A stretch of 64,000 nt of DNA from Desulfatiglandales bacterium (GTDB lineage Bacteria; Desulfobacterota; DSM-4660; Desulfatiglandales; Desulfatiglandaceae). Both the position numbers and the translations under genes were made by a program. Positions 19,800-28,890 of this stretch are shown here, one piece after another; position 1 is the first letter of the stretch, and every line of letters starts with the position of its first letter. The stretch is taken from NCBI GenBank assembly GCA_963662465.1, contig OY759599.1, positions 3,840,001-3,904,000 of the forward strand, read 5' to 3'. The notes below the pieces were generated by a model, which saw only the letters and a list, made by a program, of their open reading frames with translations, was not told where the DNA came from and did not search any database.

Positions 19800-19959
19800 A
19801 AGTACCCGAACAATAGTTTTTTGGTATGAACTTAAGCAAAATTAATTCGGAATTCTCTGCCAATGTTTTTCAAAACATTTTCAACTTCATGGTCTAAATC
19901 TTTTAAAGAGTTATAGGCTGAGAAAAGCAACCATTTATATTTGACAAATCGCCAAAGAA

Positions 19960-20130
19960 TGGGGATACTCAATATATCACACGTTGGCGATGAAAAGGCT
20001 GACCACAACATCTGGATGTCATTCAAACGTCTTTGGCTCCATACTGTCAAGAGCTATTCCAGGGAAACGTGAAGTATTGATCTCGCAGTCTTGCGAAATT
20101 CTGACCACTATGCTCCGGAAGTATCATGTA
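19960..20130 (+). repeat. Island repeat G copy
   Basis: GGGGATA-CTCAAT-ATATCAC...GACCACAACATCTGG...GTGAAGTATTGATCTCGCAGT. Confidence 0.85.
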
Positions 20131-20279
20131 CAAAAGTCCGCGTTTAGAGGACCACCGAAAACATGTAAGATTGGATGTGTAAACATGAATCGGCCAATTT
20201 CATGACCACCGGAAAGATGGGTTAATGAGTTATTCACTTGTTTCAATGTCAACCTTTAACGCAAAAGGGGTGAGGAAAG

Positions 20280-21605
20280 ATGAGAATAAAGATCGCGGGT
20301 ATTGTGCTGTTTTTCTGTTTTGTGGTAACCGGTCTTTTTGGGGCTTCCATGGTCTTGTCATCTGATGACATAATTAATCCGCAGGGAAGCGAGACAGGGG
20401 ATAACGTCTGGTATGGGGAAGCTGCATGCGATAGCATCACGAGCGGAGCAGGTAACTCCTTTTTCGGAAGGGCCGCCGGGTATTCGAATACCACCGGTAA
20501 CGAGAACTCCTTTTTCGGAAGGGCTGCCGGTCTTATTAACACCACTGGAAACAACAATTCCTTTTTCGGAACAGATGCGGGGCATGAGAACAAAGACGGA
20601 CACTCCAACTCCTTTTTCGGATGGAAAGCCGGACATAACAACACTTCAGGATACTCAAACTCCTTTTTCGGGCTAAACGCCGGTCTTAGTAACACCACCG
20701 GAGACAACAATTCCTTTTTTGGAAGGGCCGCCGGGTATTCGAATACCACCGCAGACAACAATTCTTTTTTCGGGCAGGGCGCCGGTATCAATAACACTGG
20801 AGGAAGCGATAACGCCTTTTTCGGGCAGGATGCAGGGTGGAATAATACTAGCGCCAATTATAATACCTTTATCGGACAGGAAGCCGGACAAAGTGTAGAT
20901 AATCCCCTGACCGGAGGTAGCAACGTCTTTGTTGGACAGCGCACTGGATGGAAGAACACCAGCGGGCATTCCAATACTTTTCTCGGAAGAAATGCCGGTG
21001 CGTTTAACACAGAGGGATCCAGCAATACCTTTGTAGGGAGGGCTTCGGGATACCACAACCTGACTGGAGATCTTAATGTGTTCCTGGGTTATAATTCGGG
21101 ATATAATGAAACCGGATCCAACAAGCTCTATATTGCTAATACCGGCACTATTAACCCTCTTATCTGGGGTGATTTTAACACCAGAAACCTGGTGATAAAC
21201 GGAAACTTCCGGGCTATTGCAGTTACAAGCCCTTCGGATTTACGCTTAAAAAGGAATATTAAACCATTGGAATCATCCCTAGACAAAATATCCAATCTTC
21301 AGGGTGTGACCTATGAGTGGAATCGAGAAGACTATCCCGATGCGGGAATGACCGAGGGCAAACAGATCGGCCTGGTTGCACAAGACGTTGAAAAAGAGTT
21401 CCCTGAACTGGTCTCTGAGGACAAGGACGGCTATAAGGGTTTGTCCTATTCAAAATTGACGGCCGTGCTCGTTGAAGCTGTTAAGGAGTTGAAGACTGAG
21501 AATCAGAGTCAGAAAAAACTGATAGAGGCGCAACGGAACCAATTTAAGAAACAGCAGGCCGAAATTGAAGAATTACGTTCGATGATAAAAGAATTGAAGA
21601 GCTGA
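20280..21605 (+). CDS. Secreted tail-fibre/adhesin-like protein with C-terminal peptidase S74 intramolecular chaperone domain
   Basis: Signal peptide; 17-aa repeats NSFFG..AG..NTTG; SDLRLKRNIKPL...LQGVTYEW...GLVAQDVE..FPELV; C-terminal coiled coil. Confidence 0.85.
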   Translation: MRIKIAGIVLFFCFVVTGLFGASMVLSSDDIINPQGSETGDNVWYGEAACDSITSGAGNSFFGRAAGYSNTTGNENSFFGRAAGLINTTGNNNSFFGTDAGHENKDGHSNSFFGWKAGHNNTSGYSNSFFGLNAGLSNTTGDNNSFFGRAAGYSNTTADNNSFFGQGAGINNTGGSDNAFFGQDAGWNNTSANYNTFIGQEAGQSVDNPLTGGSNVFVGQRTGWKNTSGHSNTFLGRNAGAFNTEGSSNTFVGRASGYHNLTGDLNVFLGYNSGYNETGSNKLYIANTGTINPLIWGDFNTRNLVINGNFRAIAVTSPSDLRLKRNIKPLESSLDKISNLQGVTYEWNREDYPDAGMTEGKQIGLVAQDVEKEFPELVSEDKDGYKGLSYSKLTAVLVEAVKELKTENQSQKKLIEAQRNQFKKQQAEIEELRSMIKELKS

Positions 21606-21626
21606 TTCATATTATGTCTGCAAAAG

Positions 21627-22112
21627 AAATATGGGGAGGAACGATTACGGATTACACTGTCCTTTTGACGCCAGGATTGGCCTGTCGCCAATTAAATTTA
21701 ATCGTCAGGTGGCTCTGGTATGGGGGTCACCACCTTCCCACCAGTTTTGTCTTGCCCTGAACCAAATATAGTGATTTGTATGTCCCATGAGGTCAACTCC
21801 ACTATTTGTCTGAATCGATATCTCAAACGATTTCTCGCGGTCGAATGTTTGTGATATCATCATTGGGATTGGGAGGGCGGCGGATTCAGGGTTGAGAGAT
21901 GCATGGAACTGGAAATTTTCTGATCACACCAGGCTGGGACTATCTCCAACATATCTCAGGCTCGGTTTCAAATGAGAAACGGACAGGATATTCAGAAAAA
22001 GTGTAGCACATTGACCCCATGAACCCAGAATGGGAGAACCACTACATCTTGTGGTCGCGTCCTTTTCAAACTGATAATCCAAAAGTGAAGGTTTCCTATA
22101 TTTATGTTTACT
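21627..22112 (+). repeat. Island repeat block (unit C plus unit A)
   Basis: 21627-21950 is a copy of 6708-7028. 22039-22101 is unit A followed by TTATGTTTACT. Confidence 0.85.
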
Positions 22113-22411
22113 GTTACACTGTGCTCTTGGGAGCCTCAGAAAAATGGGTTTTTGACGCCCATTTTTCCGATAACAAAAAGTGAAGGATGCTGATTCTATT
22201 TTTCCGTTCGAAAGCTGAAAGGCATACCCTTTGAATCATCGTTTTCATATTGAGACTGTTAAATTTTTTAAATGTTTCATACTGAGACTGCTGTTTTGTT
22301 CTCATCACCGCAGGCCGTTTCTGGTAGGCCTGTTTATTTATTAATTATTCCTTACTAATACAACATGTTATGTTCAAAAACTGTTTGGACGCCAACTATT
22401 CCCCAATTTGA

Positions 22412-22425
22412 GGCACACAATTTGC
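22412..22425 (+). promoter_or_regulatory. Sigma-54 (-24/-12) promoter of a PEP-CTERM gene
   Basis: GGCACACAATTTGC = GG-N10-GC, about 110 bp upstream of 22533. Confidence 0.7.
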
Positions 22426-22532
22426 AGTTATAAATTTGAGTGTAGAAGATATACTGGTTCTCATATTCAAGTTCGATGAAACAGGAACCTGATTTGCCTC
22501 TTACTGGAAAAGCGTATTAAGGAGCCAAAATA

Positions 22533-23306
22533 ATGAAAAAGCCGCTCAAAAAGATACTGTATTTGTTACTCTTGTTTTCATTGGTTGCAATAGGAACGGA
22601 TGCCAACGCAACTTTTTTCTCCGGCAGCGTAACCGGAGAGTGGGGAAATGTCATTTCTACCGACAACAATGATGTTTATAGTATCAGCAATAAGGATGAT
22701 CGTGGGCGGAATGGTGTTGCCAAATTCAATTGGGGAGAGGGTGGCTCATATCCTGCTACCTCGTTTGACAACCAATTCACCTTTGATGGCGTCGGTAGCG
22801 ACCCTGGAGAATCGGAATGGGACGTAGAGGAAGCGATTGCGTTTCTTCTGGGGGATTTTACCTATCGAAACGGGTCGACCTATAATTCAACAGGCGTCGA
22901 TGGCGTTGATCTCAATGTAATGGTTTCCCTTTCAAGCCCTGTAAATACAGACTATAATTTTTCAAGTTTTGGATTTACAATAACAAACACGCCCAATTCA
23001 ACAGGAAATTCGGTAACGGATGGTGATATTGTCATCCTTGCCAATAACACAACAGATAACACCTTTAGCTATGCCGGGACTGAATACACGCTCGAAGTCC
23101 TTGGATTTTCGAAGGATTCTGGAAATACATTTGCCTATAATTTCAGCAGCCCAGAAGGAGCAACTGCAAGTGCTGGGCTTTACGGAAAAATCAGCAAAAC
23201 AGGTGGTAGCGCCCAAGTCCCCGAACCAGCAACCATTTTCCTGTTGGGTTCCGGGCTATTGGGTCTCTTCGGATATCGAAAGAAATTCAATAAAACTGAT
23301 AATTGA
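22533..23306 (+). CDS. PEP-CTERM sorting domain protein (choice-of-anchor K-like)
   Basis: Signal peptide ending ANA; FLLGDFTYRNG; C-terminal VPEPATIFLLGSGLLGLFGYRKK. Confidence 0.9.
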   Translation: MKKPLKKILYLLLLFSLVAIGTDANATFFSGSVTGEWGNVISTDNNDVYSISNKDDRGRNGVAKFNWGEGGSYPATSFDNQFTFDGVGSDPGESEWDVEEAIAFLLGDFTYRNGSTYNSTGVDGVDLNVMVSLSSPVNTDYNFSSFGFTITNTPNSTGNSVTDGDIVILANNTTDNTFSYAGTEYTLEVLGFSKDSGNTFAYNFSSPEGATASAGLYGKISKTGGSAQVPEPATIFLLGSGLLGLFGYRKKFNKTDN

Positions 23307-23325
23307 CAGCAAACCCTATTTAATG

Positions 23326-23367
23326 GAACCCCAACTCGAAGATTTAACCTTTGGGTTGGGGTTCTTT
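23326..23367 (+). terminator. Intrinsic terminator-like hairpin
   Basis: GAACCCCAAC...GTTGGGGTTC followed by TTTG. Confidence 0.6.
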
Positions 23368-23521
23368 GTGTTATGAGCCACAAAATAACCATCACTGTAT
23401 ATTTAAGAACGATCTCAGAGCGATGCTTGCGTCCCCATTACCGTAGACTGTCGTTACATAACGGAAGGTTGCCTATATTGTATAGTTGCGTCAAGATGCA
23501 AATACCAATAAAGGTTGTGTT

Positions 23522-23906
23522 TTTAAAAGATTAAATGATGGACAGGATTGTCATTGCACGAGAAAACACCAATAAAAAGGTGTAAAGGGGTCTGAAGGAA
23601 CTTGTTCAGACGCCGTCTCCTCATCCTGTCCATCTAAAAAATCCTGTTCATCGTGTTCAAAACAGTGGAGAGGCCAACAATGCCGGACAACCCTTTGCCC
23701 GTTTTTGAAATCTATAAAATCCGGACATCAGCGGCGGCCACAAGGCGGGACAATTAAAAAAAACGCGCTCCCACACGCTGTGTGGGGATGGATGAAAGTC
23801 AGGCCTTGGCCAGCCGGCCCCGCTTTTTGTCCGTAGCCATTTTTTGTGTATGTTATGAGTTGTTGATGGTACGATGTGTTCCTCATAATAGAGCGTGTTG
23901 TTCTGC
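23522..23906 (+). repeat. 385-bp direct repeat H, copy 2
   Basis: Near-identical to 16237-16621; abuts a 5'-truncated gene. Confidence 0.9.
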
Positions 23907-23908
23907 TT

Positions 23909-24211
23909 AATATTGATTTTTACATAAACGAATATCTGCTGTACGAAGATGCAACTGAAGCAAAGGATGGGGCATCTTTTGCTGGGATGTTTTTGGGTGA
24001 CTGGTTTATAAGAAAAGCAACGTGGGCAAATAAGTCAAGTATTAAGGGGTATGTAGCGAGCCTCAAGAAGTTCTACACATTTTTACAAGAGAAAGGATTG
24101 ATCGATAAAGAAGATCTGACTGAGTTGAAGCAAACGATAAAAGAAGAGATGCCTGAATGGTTGGCAACCTTGGAGGAGTATGATGATCCGTCAATTGAGG
24201 ACCTTTGGTAA
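23909..24211 (+). pseudogene. 5'-truncated small protein with integrase N-terminal (SAM-like) resemblance
   Basis: NIDFYINEYLLY...FLGDWFIRKA.W....SIK...ASLKKFYTFL. The first codons of the ORF-track call come from repeat H. Confidence 0.5.
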
Positions 24212-27177
24212 GGAAAAACTTGACGCACAAAAATTCCGCAACCGATTACATCGATTTTAATGCACTGTATGAGAAATATCAGGCGCTGCTTGAAGAGAAC
24301 CTTTCTCTCAAAGCTGAAATCCGGGAACTGAAAAGACAACCCCTGTTGCCCTTCTATCCGCATCCTGTGTTGGATACCCCACCATTGCTTCAGGAACAGC
24401 TTATCGGCGAGTCATCAAAGCCGACAATTTCAAATACGGGGACCGTCACCAACCTCTCCCGGCCCGCCGATAAAATTGAACTTTTTATGTCGCTTTTTAG
24501 AGGCCGGGAGGATGTCTATGCCAGGAGATGGGAAAGCAAAACCGGAAAACGCGGATACAGCCCTGCCTGTTTGAATGAATGGAAACCGGGCGTATGCCAT
24601 AAGCCAAGAACTAAATGCTTCAATTGTAAATACCGATCTTATGCGCCTTTGAATGAAAAAGTGGTTGACAGCCATCTGCGCGGGGAAATGGTGATTGGGA
24701 TATACCCGTTGTGCCGCGATGAAACCTGTCATTTTCTGGCCATTGATTTTGACAAAGACGGCTGGCAGCAGGATGTTGCAGCAATAAGGGCTGTGTGTGG
24801 GGAGTTTGGAATTCCCATCGCTCTTGAACGTTCCATGTCAGGCAATGGCGCTCATGTATGGATCTTCTTTAAAATGAATATTCCTGCCGCTACGGCAAGG
24901 CGATTGGGTTCAGGCCTCCTCACCCATGCCATGGCGCGACGTCATGAGATCAAGTTTAAATCCTATGACAGACTTTTCCCGAACCAGGACACGATGCCCA
25001 AAGGCGGTTTGGGAAATCTGATTGCCGCGCCCCTTCAAATGGCAGCGCGAAAAAAAGAAAACAGCGTTTTTGTTGATGAGCGTTTTATCCCTTATGAAGA
25101 TCAATGGGAATTCCTGGACCAAATGCAAGCCCTTGGGCCGGAGGAGATATCAAAACTTGTCACGAGGCTTTGTCCGGAAAACGAACTGGGATACCTGAAA
25201 GCGGATGAATCTGTTACAAAAAAACCTTGGGAACGTTCCCATATGGATCTCAAAAGAAAGGATTTTCCGGAAACTTTTGATATCGTAAAATCCGGTATGC
25301 TTTATGTGGATAAGAAAGGCTTTTCCCAAAAGGCGCTGAATATCTTGAAACGATTGGCGGCCTTTAACAATCCGGAATTTTACAAAGCCCAGGCCATGCG
25401 GATGCCCACTTACGGCAAATCCAGAATTATTTCCTGCTTTGATGATTTTGAGACTCACCTCGGCCTGCCTCGGGGGTGCGAAAATGATCTGCGTGAACTT
25501 TTCGATGGATTCAGCCTCCAGCCGCGCTGGTTTGATGAAACACAGCATGGGAAGACCATTCGGGTGGAATTCGAGGGTAAACTCCGAGAAGAACAGCAAG
25601 CGGCACTTGATGCCTTGATGAAGTATGATATTGGCGTTTTGTCCGCTACAACCGCCTTTGGAAAAACCGTTGTAGGCGCCGGACTCATCAGTGAACGGAA
25701 GGTTAACACATTGATTCTGGTACACCGGCAACAGCTTTTGTCCCAATGGATGAAGCGATTGTCCGATTTTCTGGTAATACGGGAGGAACTCCCCGAACTG
25801 CCCGAAAAGAGGGGACGAAAAAAGGAACAGGGACTCATTGGGCAGATGGGCGCGGGGAAAAACCGGCCGAGCGGCATTATTGATGTCGCCATGATGCAGT
25901 CTTTGAATTCGAGGGAAGAAATTAAAGACTGCATAAAGGACTACGGGATGGTGATTGTTGATGAGTGCCATCACGTGCCGGCCTTCAGTTTTGAACAGAT
26001 ATTGAAAAATGCAACAGCAAGATATGTTTACGGTTTAACGGCAACGCCCGCCAGGAGGGATGGGCATCATCCCATTCTTTTTTTTCAATGCGGTCCCATC
26101 CGGTACAGTGTTGATGCAAAAAAGCAGGCTCAACAAAGACCTTTTGACCATTACGTTCTTCCAAGATTCACATCCTTTAAACTTCCATTCCGAAAAGGTG
26201 ACGATGATCCTTCCATTCAGGAGATTTACTCAACACTTGCCTCCGATGAAATTCGCAATGATTTAATCGTTGACGATGTGACGGCATGCCGTCAAAAAGG
26301 CCGGAATTCCCTTGTGCTGACCGGGCGGATTGCCCACGTTAAAGCATTGGCTGAAAAACTCAGACACAGTATCCCGAATGTGGTTGTCTTGACAGGCGGT
26401 ATGGGAACCAAAACAACCGGCAATTTGCTGGAGATGATATCCTCAACGCCCCGGGAGAACCCGCTTACGCTGGTTTCAACGGGAAAGTTTATCGGCGAAG
26501 GGTTTGATGAACCGAGACTTGACACCCTGTTTCTGGCCATGCCCATCTCCTGGAAAGGCACGTTGCAGCAGTACGTCGGAAGATTGCACCGGTTATGCGA
26601 CCATAAAAAGGATGTTCAAGTCTATGATTATGTGGATATCCATGTGCCCATGCTGGAAAAAATGTATGGGAAAAGATTAAGAGGTTACGCTTCCATCGGG
26701 TATCAGGCAAAGGGAGAGAGCATTCCAGGGGCGCCCGCTGACATTATCTTTGACAATCGCAGCTTTTTTAGCGTTTACACAAATGATATCGAAAATGCAT
26801 CCAAACAAATCTTGATCGTCAGTCCCTTTGTCACTGAAAAACGAGTCTCCCAGATGATGCCGTATTTCGAAGTGCTTCTGAAAAAAAAGATCGCCGTTAC
26901 CATCCTTACCCGGCCCGCGGAAAATTTCAAAATTGAAAAACTGAGGATGCTGAGGAGCATTTTCAGAAGTCTGATGGATGCCGGGATCAGGGTCATTTTC
27001 AAATCCCATATTCATCAGAAATTTGCCGTCATCGACCGAAAGATTGTCTGGTACGGCAGTATTAACCTGTTAAGTTTCGGCGTTTCCCAAGAGAGCATCA
27101 TGCGGTTGCTCAGCGGCGGGATTGCATATGAATTACTGCAGAGCGTTAATGCCGATGATCTTGATTTAAGGCTTTGA
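24205..27177 (+). CDS. TOTE-type archaeo-eukaryotic primase domain + SF2 (DEAD/DEAH, ResIII-like) helicase + PLD-like domain
   Basis: LFRGREDVYARRWE, Cys cluster, AIDFD, ERSMSGNGAHVWIFF; Walker A TAFGKT, DECHH, LTATP, QYVGRLHR; HQKFAVID..IVWYGSIN. Confidence 0.85.
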   Translation: MVRKNLTHKNSATDYIDFNALYEKYQALLEENLSLKAEIRELKRQPLLPFYPHPVLDTPPLLQEQLIGESSKPTISNTGTVTNLSRPADKIELFMSLFRGREDVYARRWESKTGKRGYSPACLNEWKPGVCHKPRTKCFNCKYRSYAPLNEKVVDSHLRGEMVIGIYPLCRDETCHFLAIDFDKDGWQQDVAAIRAVCGEFGIPIALERSMSGNGAHVWIFFKMNIPAATARRLGSGLLTHAMARRHEIKFKSYDRLFPNQDTMPKGGLGNLIAAPLQMAARKKENSVFVDERFIPYEDQWEFLDQMQALGPEEISKLVTRLCPENELGYLKADESVTKKPWERSHMDLKRKDFPETFDIVKSGMLYVDKKGFSQKALNILKRLAAFNNPEFYKAQAMRMPTYGKSRIISCFDDFETHLGLPRGCENDLRELFDGFSLQPRWFDETQHGKTIRVEFEGKLREEQQAALDALMKYDIGVLSATTAFGKTVVGAGLISERKVNTLILVHRQQLLSQWMKRLSDFLVIREELPELPEKRGRKKEQGLIGQMGAGKNRPSGIIDVAMMQSLNSREEIKDCIKDYGMVIVDECHHVPAFSFEQILKNATARYVYGLTATPARRDGHHPILFFQCGPIRYSVDAKKQAQQRPFDHYVLPRFTSFKLPFRKGDDDPSIQEIYSTLASDEIRNDLIVDDVTACRQKGRNSLVLTGRIAHVKALAEKLRHSIPNVVVLTGGMGTKTTGNLLEMISSTPRENPLTLVSTGKFIGEGFDEPRLDTLFLAMPISWKGTLQQYVGRLHRLCDHKKDVQVYDYVDIHVPMLEKMYGKRLRGYASIGYQAKGESIPGAPADIIFDNRSFFSVYTNDIENASKQILIVSPFVTEKRVSQMMPYFEVLLKKKIAVTILTRPAENFKIEKLRMLRSIFRSLMDAGIRVIFKSHIHQKFAVIDRKIVWYGSINLLSFGVSQESIMRLLSGGIAYELLQSVNADDLDLRL

Positions 27178-27272
27178 GAAATAGACGGTTCAATTACCAT
27201 TTCAGAGCGATTTTCGGGGGTAGCTGGAAGATGGTATTGAATATGGAAGTATCTGGGGATCGGAGATTGTCC

Positions 27273-27980
27273 ATGGATCGGGTGGATCTCTGGTGGGAAA
27301 ATATTGACAGCCGGCCTCAAAGGATCTCCGAGTTCTGGAAAATGCTATCTGAAGATGAACGGAACCGTGCTGAAAGATTTCGCTTTGAACGCCACCGAGA
27401 GCGCTTTATCGTTCAAAGGGGCAGGCTCAGGGAAATTTTGAGCGGTTATGGGGATGTGCCACCCGGCGCAATCCGATTCCGTGAAGGATCCGACGGAAAA
27501 CCGGAGATTGAAGGGGATAACCCCATAATTCGTTTCAATCTCTCTCATTCAGGCGGACATGCCCTCTATGCGGTTGCATATGGCAGGGAAGTGGGGGTCG
27601 ACGTGGAGGTGGTTCGACCAAAACCGAAAGCCGCTGGATTGGTGGCGCGTTTTTTTTCACCCAATGAAAAACAGGCTTTTCGAAAGCTTGAACCCTGTGA
27701 AGAAGAAGCGGCCTTTTATGCCGGCTGGACGCGCAAGGAGGCCTATGTGAAGGCCTTGGGCAAGGGGTTGCGGTTTCCCCTGGACCGGTTCGATGTTTCC
27801 CTGAAATCCGGGGATCAAGAGGCCCTGCTCCATGTGGAAGGTGCGCCCGAGGAATTGAAGCGCTGGTCCCTTCGGGACATCGATCTGGGGCCGGGTTTCA
27901 AGGCCGCTTTGGCGGTGGAGCTGACAAATTCATCTCCCGTGGCGGGTCTTTCAATTCAATTCAGAAGTTATCGCCCTTGA
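27273..27980 (+). CDS. Sfp-type 4'-phosphopantetheinyl transferase
   Basis: GKP, FNLSHS, VGVDVE, WTRKEAYVKALGKG. Confidence 0.9.
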   Translation: MDRVDLWWENIDSRPQRISEFWKMLSEDERNRAERFRFERHRERFIVQRGRLREILSGYGDVPPGAIRFREGSDGKPEIEGDNPIIRFNLSHSGGHALYAVAYGREVGVDVEVVRPKPKAAGLVARFFSPNEKQAFRKLEPCEEEAAFYAGWTRKEAYVKALGKGLRFPLDRFDVSLKSGDQEALLHVEGAPEELKRWSLRDIDLGPGFKAALAVELTNSSPVAGLSIQFRSYRP

Positions 27981-27986
27981 AATCCA

Positions 27987-28670
27987 CTAAATTCGTTTTT
28001 CCGACTCTTCAAGAATCTTTTCAACTAGTTCAGCGTAAGGACTGTCCTTTGGGAAAGCATCTGTCAATAGCGTTGCATAACCCGTTATCTTTTCGAGCGC
28101 TTTTGCTTGAACATTGATGACGGTCTCATATTCTTTCTGGATACCGAACAGATGATCAATTTTTCCGCCCAATGATCTTAATAAGGTTTGAAGCCGATCA
28201 TCCGGAAGATCTTCTCTATTAATCAATAGCTCCAGAACTTGATGATGAAGTCTCTTGTAGGTTCCAATGGTTTTTTCCGAATCAATGAAACGCCTGTATT
28301 GCAGGACCCTTTCGATTTTTTCTTTCAAATCATGGAGTGGAACGGGTTTTAGGATGTAATCAAAGGCGCCCAATTTCATGGCTTCCACGGCTGTGTCCAC
28401 TGTGGCGTAACCCGTGATCATAATCACCTCGGTGGCAGGCGCATATTCTCTCGCATGTCTCAAAAGGGTCATGCCGCCCTCCCGGTTGCCATCGCGATCG
28501 GGCATGTTCTTATCCGTCAGAAAAAGGTCATAGTTATTTTGGCTGAGCAACGCCAATGCCGTGTCCACGCTTTCAGCCAGGTCCACCCGGTATCCAAGAC
28601 CCGTCAAGTAATCAAAAAGCATATCCAGAATGTCCTTTTCATCGTCGGCAACCAGTATTTTTGCTTCCAT
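27987..28670 (-). CDS. Response regulator (receiver domain plus helical C-terminus)
   Basis: ILVADDE, LTDKNMP, MITGYA, AFDYILKP. Confidence 0.88.
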   Translation of the reverse strand: MEAKILVADDEKDILDMLFDYLTGLGYRVDLAESVDTALALLSQNNYDLFLTDKNMPDRDGNREGGMTLLRHAREYAPATEVIMITGYATVDTAVEAMKLGAFDYILKPVPLHDLKEKIERVLQYRRFIDSEKTIGTYKRLHHQVLELLINREDLPDDRLQTLLRSLGGKIDHLFGIQKEYETVINVQAKALEKITGYATLLTDAFPKDSPYAELVEKILEESEKRI

Positions 28671-28890
28671 TTCTCTCTCTCACCTTACCCAGGTTAACTT
28701 CTTTGAATAAAAGCCCCAAAAGTCGAGCGCAAAAAAGGTGGAAATAAGCGTCTCATAATTTTATCCGGGGTAGTTTATTGCAAAGCAGCCGAAGCGTCAA
28801 GAATGAATTCTTTTTCACACGAAAACAAGCATTTTGCGAAAACGGCGTCGAATGTAGGATGATTTAATGGGTTTGGGGGCGCTGGTGATA

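Noticed and set aside
20450..20830. CRISPR-like regularly spaced repeats (AACTCCTTTTTCGG every 51 bp)
   Set aside because: The period is 17 codons within an ORF (NSFFG repeats) and there are no cas genes.
20249..20857. 202-aa - strand repetitive ORF (PKKE repeats)
   Set aside because: Antisense reading of the NSFFG repeats of the tail-fibre gene.
7328..22112. Classical integron (intI/attC)
   Set aside because: The integrase is short with no evident IntI-specific insertion, and no RYYYAAC...GTTRRRY attC hairpins were seen directly after cargo genes.
1..24211. Prophage
   Set aside because: An integrase and a tail-fibre-like gene are present, but no capsid, terminase, portal or lysis genes.
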